This document shows, one piece after another, positions 27,035-36,305 of a stretch of 64,000 nt of DNA. The DNA lies in IMG/VR virus record IMGVR_UViG_3300037454_000478, positions 58,449-122,448 of that record, one strand, 5' to 3'. The notes under the pieces were generated by a model, which worked only from the letters and a program-made list of their open reading frames with translations, searched no databases and was not told the origin of the DNA. Source of the DNA: a virus. Taxonomy: Duplodnaviria > Heunggongvirae > Uroviricota > Caudoviricetes. The position numbers and the translations under genes are program-made. Every line of letters begins with the position of its first letter. The stretch's first letter is position 1.

Positions 27035-28249
27035 ATGACGAACAACCAACACATGCTTTTAATCACGGAACACCTTCATCCGGACATGGCAAAGAAGATC
27101 ATCAAGGATTTCAAGCTTCCGTTCAGTTATCTCAATCCATCCCATTTTGCTACTATGGTGGACAATATGGTGCAGGTGGCACCGGAGTTCAACGATGCAG
27201 TTGATATGATGGTAAACATTTGTGTCAACATCCATCGTGATGAACAACCGTTACTTTGTGGATATATCCGTGAAGTCACTGATCTTATGGTGGAACATAT
27301 CGTCCACAATACTGGTTACCAAATATTTAACCAACGGGATATCAATTCATTCTTCCCGGTGGAACAGCAAAACATCCCAACCGGCGACAACTACAATTAC
27401 GAAAGTGCCGGTAAGGATTTTATTTCCATCGACCTCAAAAACGCTGCATTCCAAGCAATGAAGGCATGGGATCGCCTTTATGGTGATGTTCATGGATATC
27501 TCATTGGTAATACCATCAATGATTACAAGGCATTTGTCGGAATTGTTGCCATCGATAGCGGATTTTGCAAGTCCCATAGCGAAAAGGTAAACAAGATCGT
27601 CATAGACTACATCAGCAAGTGCAAGTCCCTTCGTCAGGTCATCTTTGGTAAAACCAACCCCAAGCGCATCCAACATATCGAAAAGGCCATTATGCAGACA
27701 GTGGTGAAGTTAATTCACTCCGCACTTGATATCATGCCAGTTCGTTTCAATAACGATGAGGTAGTGTATGAATACAATGAGGAACTTGAAAGGTCTCTTT
27801 ATATCGAGGATACCTTGAAGTATTTGGAATACGTGATTACGGACATCGTGGGCAACGAATCTGTCCATATTCAAGTACCAATGGAGTTCCACAAGAACCT
27901 TTACTGCTTGGAGGAATATTCGCTCATTCAGCATGATGACTATATGCCGGTTGATCACAAGAAACCGATTAAGTTCTACGTTAAGAACAACGTAGCCATG
28001 CTTACCCGTACCAAACAGGCACCGGATTTCAAGAGCCTCCCGGCCCAGTTATACCTCATTGCCCGTGCACTTTTCTGTTCCCGTCCGGATTTGGCTCGTT
28101 TCTTTGAGACCCAGCCGGTTCTCGTGGATGGTGTGCTTCATTGGTTGGCTATCCCACACAGTACCTCCGGTGAGGAAATTGCTATCGAAACTACATGGGA
28201 ACTCTGTGGGAACATCCACAATAGCGAGTCCGGGGATATTGAAGAGTAA
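27035..28249 (+). CDS. hypothetical protein (404 aa)
   Basis: Long ORF. Confidence 0.6.
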   Translation: MTNNQHMLLITEHLHPDMAKKIIKDFKLPFSYLNPSHFATMVDNMVQVAPEFNDAVDMMVNICVNIHRDEQPLLCGYIREVTDLMVEHIVHNTGYQIFNQRDINSFFPVEQQNIPTGDNYNYESAGKDFISIDLKNAAFQAMKAWDRLYGDVHGYLIGNTINDYKAFVGIVAIDSGFCKSHSEKVNKIVIDYISKCKSLRQVIFGKTNPKRIQHIEKAIMQTVVKLIHSALDIMPVRFNNDEVVYEYNEELERSLYIEDTLKYLEYVITDIVGNESVHIQVPMEFHKNLYCLEEYSLIQHDDYMPVDHKKPIKFYVKNNVAMLTRTKQAPDFKSLPAQLYLIARALFCSRPDLARFFETQPVLVDGVLHWLAIPHSTSGEEIAIETTWELCGNIHNSESGDIEE

Positions 28250-28290
28250 CCTTTTTATTTCGTAAATCCTTTCCTTTTTGAAGCCCATTT

Positions 28291-28322
28291 GTTAAGTTAC
28301 AGATGGGTTTCTTTATATATAA
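28291..28322 (+). promoter_or_regulatory. conserved phage promoter
   Basis: gttaag at 28291-96 and tttatatata at 28313-22; ATG at 28340. Confidence 0.6.
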
Positions 28323-28339
28323 CCATAAAATTTATACAT

Positions 28340-29869
28340 ATGAGAGCACAATTAGACAATCAATGCGTTTTGAGGATCCGCCGGGAAATCTTACAACCGG
28401 TTGCTGAATCTGAAGGTATTCAAGCTTGGATGGTTGGCGGATGTGTCCGCGACCTGATGCATCACGAAGGGATCAACGACATCGATGTGATATGCACCGA
28501 TGCCAGTAAATTCGTTAAAGCCCTGGATGAATACTTTACAGAGAATAATATTGGCCATTCGATTCACTCGATGGCAAATGGCCACGCCACGGTGATTTCC
28601 GTCAAAACCAAACCGATTTTTGGAGAATTTTTAATTCTTCCGTCTCAATTCGACATCGAAGTCTCCCAGCTCGATTACCTTGATAAACTTACGCCGGAGG
28701 AGGCCATCAAACAAGATGCAGGTTCACGTGATTTTATCTGTAACGCATGGTATATCAGCGTATCCGGCATTGACAAACCATTCACTCCGTTAACCAACGA
28801 GTCGATCGTTTACGATGCCGCCGGCAAGTATATCCATCCGTGCAATAAAAGCGCCACATTTTTTGATAGTCCCTTGCGCGTATTCCGTGCGATGGATCTC
28901 ATGTGCCGTGGATATAAGCCGACCATCGGCCTTGTCCGTGCACTGGATGATTATTTGCAAAACGGTATCAACAAAAAGGCTCACATTAATGCCTACTTAC
29001 AGGTAATCCACAAGATTTTCAGCCGGTTGGCGGATGGTGAGTACGATGTGAATAATGTGATCTATGCATTCAACTATTTTGCGGATCTTTGCGCATGGGG
29101 CAAGATGATCCACCCGGTATTCGAAGGTATGAAATATTGCATGCACAAAAATGATTACCACCATGATTCCGTGTGGCAACATACCATGAATGTGATATAT
29201 AATATGTCACGTTACCGCGTTCTTGACGAGCACGATTTCCCGATCAAGACAAATGCGTACGATTATTGGGCAGCTCTCCTTCATGACGCCGGTAAAACCA
29301 CCACGATTTCATATGATTTTGATGGTAATACCCATTTTTACGATCATCAATGTTCATCGGTGAATATCGCCAAGGAAATTTTGAAGGAAAGCCCCTTGAA
29401 CCGGGTGTGGTCGGAGTTTGTGCTCGAACTCATTGCCCATCACATGGATACCAAGGTTTTTGGTGACGAACCGATTAAGTACCACCAATACAAGCACATC
29501 CGTAAATTACAGTGGGAACTTGGTGCCATGGGTTTCCATCACTTCCTGATACTCAATCACGCCGATTGTGCTGCCAGTGAGCGTTCCGAGAACAAAAACA
29601 CCATCAATATAGTACGTGCCGTCAAGGATATGGCATATAACTGCGGTGAATCCGCGTGGGAATGCTACAAGATTCCGGTTAGCGGAAGTGACATCACGGA
29701 GGCATTTCCGGATGAACCCGGCATAAACATTGGCAAGTACATCAAACAACTTTATAAGGTCACATTCTCCCGGCCGGACGATTACAAGACCAAGGAGCAG
29801 TGCCTCCATTATGTCCGTACTCTTATAAAGACCGGATGGGCCAATAAAGCACGTAAGGAAACAAAATAA
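28340..29869 (+). CDS. tRNA nucleotidyltransferase (CCA-adding enzyme / poly(A) polymerase family) with HD domain
   Basis: WMVGGCVRDLMH...DIDV (Pol-beta nucleotidyltransferase GGxVRD motif). ALLHDAGK and HHMD (HD domain). The ATG after the promoter box is preferred over the TTG at 28289. Confidence 0.7.
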   Translation: MRAQLDNQCVLRIRREILQPVAESEGIQAWMVGGCVRDLMHHEGINDIDVICTDASKFVKALDEYFTENNIGHSIHSMANGHATVISVKTKPIFGEFLILPSQFDIEVSQLDYLDKLTPEEAIKQDAGSRDFICNAWYISVSGIDKPFTPLTNESIVYDAAGKYIHPCNKSATFFDSPLRVFRAMDLMCRGYKPTIGLVRALDDYLQNGINKKAHINAYLQVIHKIFSRLADGEYDVNNVIYAFNYFADLCAWGKMIHPVFEGMKYCMHKNDYHHDSVWQHTMNVIYNMSRYRVLDEHDFPIKTNAYDYWAALLHDAGKTTTISYDFDGNTHFYDHQCSSVNIAKEILKESPLNRVWSEFVLELIAHHMDTKVFGDEPIKYHQYKHIRKLQWELGAMGFHHFLILNHADCAASERSENKNTINIVRAVKDMAYNCGESAWECYKIPVSGSDITEAFPDEPGINIGKYIKQLYKVTFSRPDDYKTKEQCLHYVRTLIKTGWANKARKETK

Positions 29870-29875
29870 TTTATC

Positions 29876-30112
29876 ATGGCAAAAGATACTGTTACCTGTA
29901 GATATGGGATCACCTACACGTATGAAGCAAATGGCTCAAAAGGTGCCCGTGCGAGATTACATGATCTGCTTTCACGATGCTGTTGTTTCGTGTGCCATAA
30001 TCATAACTGCACGGAACCGAGGGATGAACGATTGGAAGAATGTGATCATACCGAAAATGATCTTCTGAATTGCACCTTGTTCACAAAAGTCCCATATTGC
30101 ATGAGAAAATAA
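29876..30112 (+). CDS. small Cys-rich protein (78 aa)
   Basis: CCCFVCHNHNC. Confidence 0.4.
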   Translation: MAKDTVTCRYGITYTYEANGSKGARARLHDLLSRCCCFVCHNHNCTEPRDERLEECDHTENDLLNCTLFTKVPYCMRK

Positions 30113-30124
30113 TTGCGGATCGGT

Positions 30125-30156
30125 GTTAAGTTTTCATAAGTTCCAATTATATATAC
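30125..30156 (+). promoter_or_regulatory. conserved phage promoter
   Basis: gttaag at 30125-30 and ttatatata at 30148-56; ATG at 30181. Confidence 0.6.
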
Positions 30157-30180
30157 CTGTAAAAACGGAAAGGACATATT

Positions 30181-30474
30181 ATGAGACACACTTACGAAAT
30201 CTATCAGTTAAAGAGCTCCAACCCGAAGGCTTTCATGCCGCTTGACTTTGTGAACAACAGGCTCGGTGGAGTCAATTTTGAGGAATACAAGCACGTCTAT
30301 TCCAGTGAGATCGAAGGCGATGATACTATCACCATGTTGGAGACCCTGTTCGAGATCTTCAACTTGAGGCACCCGGAGGACTTTTTGGGACACAGCCTCT
30401 CCATGAGTGATATCGTGATCCTCGATGGCAAGAAGTACTACTGTGATTCGTTCGGCTGGAAGGCCATTGATTAA
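30181..30474 (+). CDS. hypothetical protein (97 aa)
   Basis: ATG after a conserved promoter. Confidence 0.5.
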   Translation: MRHTYEIYQLKSSNPKAFMPLDFVNNRLGGVNFEEYKHVYSSEIEGDDTITMLETLFEIFNLRHPEDFLGHSLSMSDIVILDGKKYYCDSFGWKAID

Positions 30475-30493
30475 CCTTAAAAATGCACACAGT

Positions 30494-30964
30494 ATGAATA
30501 TCCAACAATTTCGTGAAGTTTCACATGTCGATTATGGATGTTTGAGTATGCCTCAATCCAATGTGGAACTCCTTGCGCGACCCGGAGAAAAATTCAAGGA
30601 TCCATCTGATTATCACATCATTTTCCCAAGGAAACTCAAGGCCACAAACTATACGTATAGCATTGGTGCGTGGGATTACGGCACAGCCGATGATGTCGTC
30701 AAATTCTACGAACATCAACTCTCGTACGAGTTCTCCGTGGAGCAGGATCGTCATATCTTCCATTGGCGTCCATACGCCGAGGTTCATTTCCTTGATGGGA
30801 GTAAGCAAACCATCTACTTCAACAATACCGATGAGGTTGCCAAATTCAGCAACCAAATGAAGACCCAACTGGGACTCGATAAACACCTTTTGGTGGATCG
30901 TGGCACCTTCGTAGGTGTTGGAGAAATAAGACCATTTGAAGACCCGGAAGTGGTTAAAAAATGA
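30494..30964 (+). CDS. hypothetical protein (156 aa)
   Basis: ORF 30425.. trimmed to its first ATG. Confidence 0.5.
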   Translation: MNIQQFREVSHVDYGCLSMPQSNVELLARPGEKFKDPSDYHIIFPRKLKATNYTYSIGAWDYGTADDVVKFYEHQLSYEFSVEQDRHIFHWRPYAEVHFLDGSKQTIYFNNTDEVAKFSNQMKTQLGLDKHLLVDRGTFVGVGEIRPFEDPEVVKK

Positions 30965-31026
30965 TAAAAGCCGAATATATTAAAAGCGAAATAGAACAAG
31001 AGTAATAACCTTTAACCCCCAACAAT

Positions 31027-31200
31027 CATGCCAATCATTTGTGAAAAATGCCAAACACGCGCCCGTCACACTAACTTGAACGGATATGGAGTATGTTACG
31101 CACCTAAAACGGCCCCCTGTGATCGATACGTAACGGAGGAGGAACTGGATCAAGAGGTTCAGGCGTTTTACAACAAACAAGGCACATTCACCGGAGACTA
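31027..31200 (+). CDS. small Cys-rich protein (57 aa)
   Basis: CEKCQTR...CYAP...C; below the ORF-track cutoff. Confidence 0.3.
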
Positions 31201-31241
31201 ATAACAGTTAACCAAATATTCATTAATTAAACATCACCATT

Positions 31242-32777
31242 ATGAGTACAACTCTGATTACAATTTTGGCAGTGGCAGTGTTTGTCATTGGATTCATCCT
31301 CGCATCGTACATCAAGGCACCTCCGTCCTACGCGTACATCGTTTCCGGTCTTAATCGCAAGCCGCGTACGTACATCGGTAAAGGTGGATTCCGCATCCCG
31401 GGTCTTGAACGACTCGACAAGGTGTTTCTCGGTCAGGTAACCGTGGACATCAAAACCAGTCGATCTGTTCCTACGAATGACTTTATCAACGTCAACGTGG
31501 ACGCGGTTGCAAAGATTCAGGTCATCAATGATACTGATGGTATCCGACTTGCCGCAAAGAACTTCTTGAACATGACCGGTGCGGAAATCTCCCGACAGGT
31601 TCAGGATTCGCTCGAAGGTAACATGCGTGAGGTGATCGGTGGTATCTCACTCCGTGACATCAACATCAACCGTGATGCATTCTCGGATGCCATTATGGAA
31701 AAGGCCCAAAAGGATATGAATGCCCTCGGCCTCAACATTATTTCGTGCAACATCCAAAACGTGACGGACGACAAGAACCTCATCGAGGACTTGGGTGCCG
31801 ATAACACGTGGACGATCAAGAAACAGGCCAAGATTAACAAGGCCAACGCCGAACGTGATATTGCCAAGGCTGAAGCTGCCGCAAATCAGGAAGCCAACGA
31901 TGCTCGTGTGAAGTCCGAAACCGCCATCGCCGAGCGTAACAACGAACTCGCCGTCAAGAAATCCGAACTTAACATTGTGGAGGAAACCAAGAAGGCTGAC
32001 GCGGACGCCGCTTATGAGATCCAAAAGCAAGTCCAGCAAAAGCGTATCAACGTGGAAACCGTTGAGGCTGAATCCGCCAAGGAAATCCTCCGTCAGGAAC
32101 GTCAAAAGGAGATCAACACCAAGACTGTTGATGCTGAAACCGAGAAGGCACGCCGTCAACAGGAACTCACCGCCGAGCAGGTGAAGATCCAACAGAACCG
32201 ACTCGAGGCTGAAATCGCCAAGAAGGCTGAAGCCGACAAGTTCCAAACAGAAACCAATGCTGCCGCTGAACTCGAACAGCGCAAGCGTAAGGCTGAAGCT
32301 GAAGCATACGAGGCCGAGCAAAAGGCACGCGCCCAAATCGCCCTTGCTGAAGCCAAGAAAAAGCAGATGGTTCTTGAAGCCGAAGGTGTGAAGGCCCAAG
32401 GTGAGGCTGAAGCCTACAAGATCCAATGCGAAGGTGAAGCCCGCGCTGTGGCCATCGAGAAACAAGGTCTTGCTGAAGCCGAGGCCATGAACAAGAAGGC
32501 CGAAGCATACGAGAAGTACGGTCAGGCAGCTATCCTCGACATGATGGTCAAGATCGTTCCGGAAGTTTCGAAGAATGTCGCCGAACCTATCGGAAACATC
32601 GACAACCTCAACATCTACGGCTCATCCGGTCAGGACGCCACTGGTGTATCGGGCATGGTTCCTACGGTCGTCAAACAGTCCTTCGATGTCATCAAGAGTG
32701 CCACCGGAGTCGACATGGGACAACTCGTTCAGGAAAAGACCAAGATCGTTGGCGCTGGAGTGGACATCAACCAGTAA
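31242..32777 (+). CDS. flotillin / SPFH (band-7) domain protein with a long Ala/Glu/Lys-rich coiled coil
   Basis: N-terminal TM, then an SPFH-like region (YIVSGLNRKPRTYIGKGGFRIPGLERL...VDIKT...NVNVDAVAKIQV), then ~250 aa of AEAEA/KKAEA heptads. Confidence 0.7.
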   Translation: MSTTLITILAVAVFVIGFILASYIKAPPSYAYIVSGLNRKPRTYIGKGGFRIPGLERLDKVFLGQVTVDIKTSRSVPTNDFINVNVDAVAKIQVINDTDGIRLAAKNFLNMTGAEISRQVQDSLEGNMREVIGGISLRDININRDAFSDAIMEKAQKDMNALGLNIISCNIQNVTDDKNLIEDLGADNTWTIKKQAKINKANAERDIAKAEAAANQEANDARVKSETAIAERNNELAVKKSELNIVEETKKADADAAYEIQKQVQQKRINVETVEAESAKEILRQERQKEINTKTVDAETEKARRQQELTAEQVKIQQNRLEAEIAKKAEADKFQTETNAAAELEQRKRKAEAEAYEAEQKARAQIALAEAKKKQMVLEAEGVKAQGEAEAYKIQCEGEARAVAIEKQGLAEAEAMNKKAEAYEKYGQAAILDMMVKIVPEVSKNVAEPIGNIDNLNIYGSSGQDATGVSGMVPTVVKQSFDVIKSATGVDMGQLVQEKTKIVGAGVDINQ

Positions 32778-32799
32778 CCGCACAATCGATCGATTTTTG

Positions 32800-32836
32800 A
32801 AAACCGGCTGGATTAAAACCGACCGGTTTTCTTTTA
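32800..32836 (+). terminator. rho-independent terminator
   Basis: AAACCGG-ctggattaaaaccga-CCGGTTTTCTTTT. Confidence 0.6.
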
Positions 32837-32862
32837 TATTATTACAAACCCAAGCGAACGAA

Positions 32863-33252
32863 ATGTTACAAAATTATTATATGAAAAGTATATCAGACCA
32901 TATGACGTGTGAAGAGGACATTTTGGAGCATCTTACCGTGAGTGACGGTAGGCCCATGTACATTGAAACAAATAAATCCAAATCCCAACGTTCGGGTAAA
33001 TCCAAATCAAAACAGAGGAGCTACGCCCCGAATGAAGGTGGTAATGAGGAACACCAAAGAAAACCGGCGGAGGTGCATTATGAGGAACACTATGAGACCC
33101 ATGAGGAATACTGCATCCATCAAAAAAATAATGTCAACCAAGGTATCACAATGTGTGACATTGATCAGGATATAACCATGTGCGCCTCGTGTCCGTACAG
33201 AAAATCCCGCGTTGTGAAATGCAAGGTTTCCTCCGCATCGGCTAAAGTATAA
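32863..33252 (+). CDS. hypothetical His/Glu-rich protein (129 aa)
   Basis: The ORF 32575.. overlaps the previous gene, so I start it at the first ATG after the terminator. Confidence 0.45.
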   Translation: MLQNYYMKSISDHMTCEEDILEHLTVSDGRPMYIETNKSKSQRSGKSKSKQRSYAPNEGGNEEHQRKPAEVHYEEHYETHEEYCIHQKNNVNQGITMCDIDQDITMCASCPYRKSRVVKCKVSSASAKV

Positions 33253-33258
33253 TAAGTT

Positions 33259-33519
33259 ATGAAAATACCCGTATTCATCCAAAAGATTTACAACCGGATA
33301 ACCAGGGCCAAGTTCTTCTATGTAACTTTGGACGTATGTCCGGATTTTGCGACCGGTCAAGGTGAGATGTGTTCATACACCATCCGATCGAAAGATAAAG
33401 ACAAGGCAGAATCCATTGCGGTATCAAAAGCTATGGTCGATTGGGGAGTAGCAAATGATGCCATCTTCGTGGTAGAAGTCGTGGAAACCCAGTCACCGGA
33501 ACTCATTTACGACAAATAA
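33259..33519 (+). CDS. hypothetical protein (86 aa)
   Basis: ORF. Confidence 0.45.
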   Translation: MKIPVFIQKIYNRITRAKFFYVTLDVCPDFATGQGEMCSYTIRSKDKDKAESIAVSKAMVDWGVANDAIFVVEVVETQSPELIYDK

Positions 33520-33540
33520 TTATAAACCTTCCACATACAT

Positions 33541-34218
33541 TTGAATATGAACGATACAAGTAAACTTTCGGCAAAACTTCAAATCCTTGATACAGAATTT
33601 CAAAAACGGGATTCATCGTATTGCACCAACCTCACAACATTGATTGATAGAGGGTGCTCCATCACGGACAATTCCAACCTCCTCGATTGCATTATCACCC
33701 GCAAGGATAAGAACGGTGATATGAAGCATATACCTGCCCATTTTGTGGCAAAACGTATGGTTAGGGACTTCAATCCCGGGTACAAAACCGTTTTGGTGAC
33801 CGCAAAGTTTTTGGACGATATGTTCAAATTCTATATGGAGCATTTTTGCAAATCCACACTTGACCTGTCAAAGAACGAAACCATGTATTTTGTTATGATG
33901 TATGGCGACAGGTTCTTCATGTTTAACATCGGGGATATGATATTCCGCCATGGTATGAATGCCGAACAAGGACGCCGTAAATACATAAAGACCATCAAGG
34001 TCAAAAATCCGGCAACCGGTGGTTGGGATAAGGAAAATCTCTACAATATACCCATCAATTGGGCGGAAGAGTATATGTATGTCGGAACATCAAAGGATGA
34101 CCGCGAAACGATCTACGACAAATGCAAAAAAATCACAAGTGATGCCATAACGGATTCCATCCTTGGCTCACAGGTTATCACGAAGGTCTCCCAACCCGAT
34201 ATATCTCCGTTTATTTGA
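33541..34218 (+). CDS. hypothetical protein (225 aa)
   Basis: ORF. Confidence 0.55.
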   Translation: MNMNDTSKLSAKLQILDTEFQKRDSSYCTNLTTLIDRGCSITDNSNLLDCIITRKDKNGDMKHIPAHFVAKRMVRDFNPGYKTVLVTAKFLDDMFKFYMEHFCKSTLDLSKNETMYFVMMYGDRFFMFNIGDMIFRHGMNAEQGRRKYIKTIKVKNPATGGWDKENLYNIPINWAEEYMYVGTSKDDRETIYDKCKKITSDAITDSILGSQVITKVSQPDISPFI

Positions 34219-34219
34219 T

Positions 34220-34300
34220 GGTTTATTTGCGCTATAATCGCATTTCTCAATTACCCAATATAGTTATGAGGGGGAAACATAAAAACGCGTTAAATCAAAG
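34220..34300. repeat. structured intergenic element, copy D (degenerate)
   Basis: TTTATTTGCGCTATAATCGCA...CCCAATATAGTTATGAGGGGG...AAAAACGCGTTAAATC. Confidence 0.45.
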
Positions 34301-34312
34301 TTATTTGCTGTT

Positions 34313-34591
34313 ATGAGTACATATGCATCAATTGCAATAATGGTTGGAATCGTTCTACTTTTCGCCATCGGCATTCCGCTCGCATACAGATCGGAGAAAA
34401 AAGCGTTCAATAATGGAAAGTGTCCGCATTGTGGTAGTGACCTTAAATGGGAGGATTCCGATTCACAAGGTGGACGTCTTTGGATGTGCCCTGGCCATTA
34501 TACAATAAAGGATAAATATGGGAAACCTTTATGCCCCGGGTATTCGTGTTGGATATCGTACGGCCGGGTAGATAAAAAATTTAGAAAATGA
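34313..34591 (+). CDS. membrane-anchored zinc-ribbon protein (92 aa)
   Basis: N-terminal TM plus CPHCGS...CPGHY. Confidence 0.5.
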   Translation: MSTYASIAIMVGIVLLFAIGIPLAYRSEKKAFNNGKCPHCGSDLKWEDSDSQGGRLWMCPGHYTIKDKYGKPLCPGYSCWISYGRVDKKFRK

Positions 34592-34788
34592 AAATTGTTG
34601 GAATAATCGGTATAATCCTGATAGCGATTGCTGTAATATTTGTTTTTGCATACATATCCACAAAGATGTATGAAAAATTTTGGAATGGAGGATATTGTCC
34701 GGATTGTGGTGAAAAATGGGATGCCATAACATCAAACGGACATGTATATGTGTCCTGCCCAAAATGTGGTAGAACGGCATGCTATTAA
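34588..34788 (+). CDS. membrane-anchored zinc-ribbon protein, paralog of the previous gene (66 aa)
   Basis: N-terminal TM plus CPDCGE...CPKCG; ATGA overlap with the upstream gene. Confidence 0.5.
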   Translation: MKIVGIIGIILIAIAVIFVFAYISTKMYEKFWNGGYCPDCGEKWDAITSNGHVYVSCPKCGRTACY

Positions 34789-34804
34789 CCATTATTATTT
34801 AATC

Positions 34805-35449
34805 ATGAAAACATTACATGAATATATATTGATGGAATCTCCCAAACGGCTTCGTGGAAGTGAAACCGGTTTGATTGTGTTTGATATTGATGATACCCTC
34901 CTCAAGGTGAATGCAGATGACTTCTTTATTTACAAAAACGTAAACGGAAAGGAAATAGCTCTCACCACGGACGAATTTGCCAAGGATCCGGATGCATCCA
35001 ACCCGGATAATATTCACAGCGGTATGTTTGATTATCGTGATTTTGGCAATCCGGAGAAGGTATACATGTCAATCATTACCGGTACCCCACTGTTAAGGAA
35101 TCTCCGTATTTTGGATGATTATGTCGAAGCCGGTTATGAATTTTGTTTCCTCACTGCCCGTCAATGTGAGGATGTTATCAAGAAGGCCATCGATAGTTTC
35201 CTACAGGTACGCCGTAACGGAGTGCTCGAGCCGATTGGGGATGCATTCAATAAGACCCTTTCCCATGCCGTCAATGATAAACTCAAGAATTATCCGGGTA
35301 GGACGGATGCGGAGAAGAAGGCAAACATCCTCATTAAACTCTGTCAAATCTATGACAAGGTGGTATTTGTGGATGATGACCATAAAAATGTCAATGCCGC
35401 CATCAATTTGAATATACCGAACCTAAAGGTGATCAAGGCGTGGGATTAA
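34805..35449 (+). CDS. HAD-superfamily phosphatase
   Basis: IVFDIDDTLL (DxDxT motif I) and VVFVDDDHKNV (motif IV). Confidence 0.6.
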   Translation: MKTLHEYILMESPKRLRGSETGLIVFDIDDTLLKVNADDFFIYKNVNGKEIALTTDEFAKDPDASNPDNIHSGMFDYRDFGNPEKVYMSIITGTPLLRNLRILDDYVEAGYEFCFLTARQCEDVIKKAIDSFLQVRRNGVLEPIGDAFNKTLSHAVNDKLKNYPGRTDAEKKANILIKLCQIYDKVVFVDDDHKNVNAAINLNIPNLKVIKAWD

Positions 35450-35483
35450 ATCCGAATGCATAAAAATTGCACGGATTTATGCG

Positions 35484-35513
35484 TTAACATCTTTTCGGGC
35501 GCGATTATATATA
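35484..35513 (+). promoter_or_regulatory. conserved phage promoter (GTTAAC variant)
   Basis: gttaac at 35484-89 and ttatatata at 35505-13. Confidence 0.45.
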
Positions 35514-35516
35514 TTC

Positions 35517-35879
35517 ATGATGAATTTCACAGTATATTATACGCGAAGAACCCGAGTGGGGTTGAAAGACTTCAGGAGAGTCATTTGGCCAATGATATAT
35601 CAGGCCGATAACGGAGATCATATAGTTGATATCAAGTACGGATACAATTATCAAACCACGGAACATTTTGAGGATTTCGCCTCGGTTCTCCCCGGTAAGA
35701 AATACAAGATCGTACACCAAACCCTTCCCAAAGAGGGTGATATACTTGTCCATGAGAAATCCGGCCGGAAATTTGTGCTCGGAAAGGACATGGAAGACTC
35801 CGTCATCCACAAGTTCCCCATGATGGAAAATGGACGTATCGTTGCCTATCTACGTGCGGAGGATTACTATAAGGATTAA
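35517..35879 (+). CDS. hypothetical protein (120 aa; the start may be the ATG at 35592)
   Basis: ORF. The first ATG sits only 4 nt after a promoter box, so the start is uncertain. Confidence 0.45.
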   Translation: MMNFTVYYTRRTRVGLKDFRRVIWPMIYQADNGDHIVDIKYGYNYQTTEHFEDFASVLPGKKYKIVHQTLPKEGDILVHEKSGRKFVLGKDMEDSVIHKFPMMENGRIVAYLRAEDYYKD

Positions 35880-35907
35880 CCCATATTAAACGTATGGGTT
35901 TTTTCAT
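35879..35907 (+). terminator. rho-independent terminator
   Basis: AACCCATA-ttaaacg-TATGGGTTTTTT. Confidence 0.7.
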
Positions 35908-35936
35908 TATATTATCCCATAATCAAACGAATAGTT

Positions 35937-36305
35937 ATGGATGGAACTGATAAAACCCCGCTGGAAAAGGTATTAGCCTCCATACCGGCCACGCAGCAGA
36001 TGTATGTGCGGGATCAACATAAACGCATAAAGGGGTTATCCCTTATGTTCAATACCCCGCTAAATGCCAAACCAATCAACAAACTCGAATTACTTTATAT
36101 CCTTCATGCCGTTATGTCCGGTGAACTTAAACCGGAGGATTTCGAGCTTTGGACGTATGAAGATGGTGTATTCCACGTGGCTCCGGATGGTACCTGTGAG
36201 AAACTTAAACAATGGGATTACGATAAGGCGATTTGTGATGTCCTTCTAAAAATGAACAATATAAGATCAGGTCAATCCGGTGAAAATGAAACCCAGCAAC
36301 AATGA
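35937..36305 (+). CDS. hypothetical protein (122 aa)
   Basis: ORF. Confidence 0.5.
   Translation: MDGTDKTPLEKVLASIPATQQMYVRDQHKRIKGLSLMFNTPLNAKPINKLELLYILHAVMSGELKPEDFELWTYEDGVFHVAPDGTCEKLKQWDYDKAICDVLLKMNNIRSGQSGENETQQQ

Noticed and set aside
31647-32465. 272-aa minus-strand ORF (plus 32156..32508 and others)
   Set aside because: Produced by the repetitive GCT/GAA codons of the flotillin coiled coil read in reverse. Low-complexity L/G/F-rich product.
31700-32500. Possible CRISPR-like or tandem DNA repeats from periodic GCTGAAGC motifs
   Set aside because: The periodicity is at the codon and heptad level inside a coding coiled coil. There are no spacer-repeat units and no cas genes.
32575-32862. 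5' extension of ORF 32575..33252
   Set aside because: Overlaps the 3' end of the flotillin gene in another frame and crosses the terminator at 32800-32836.
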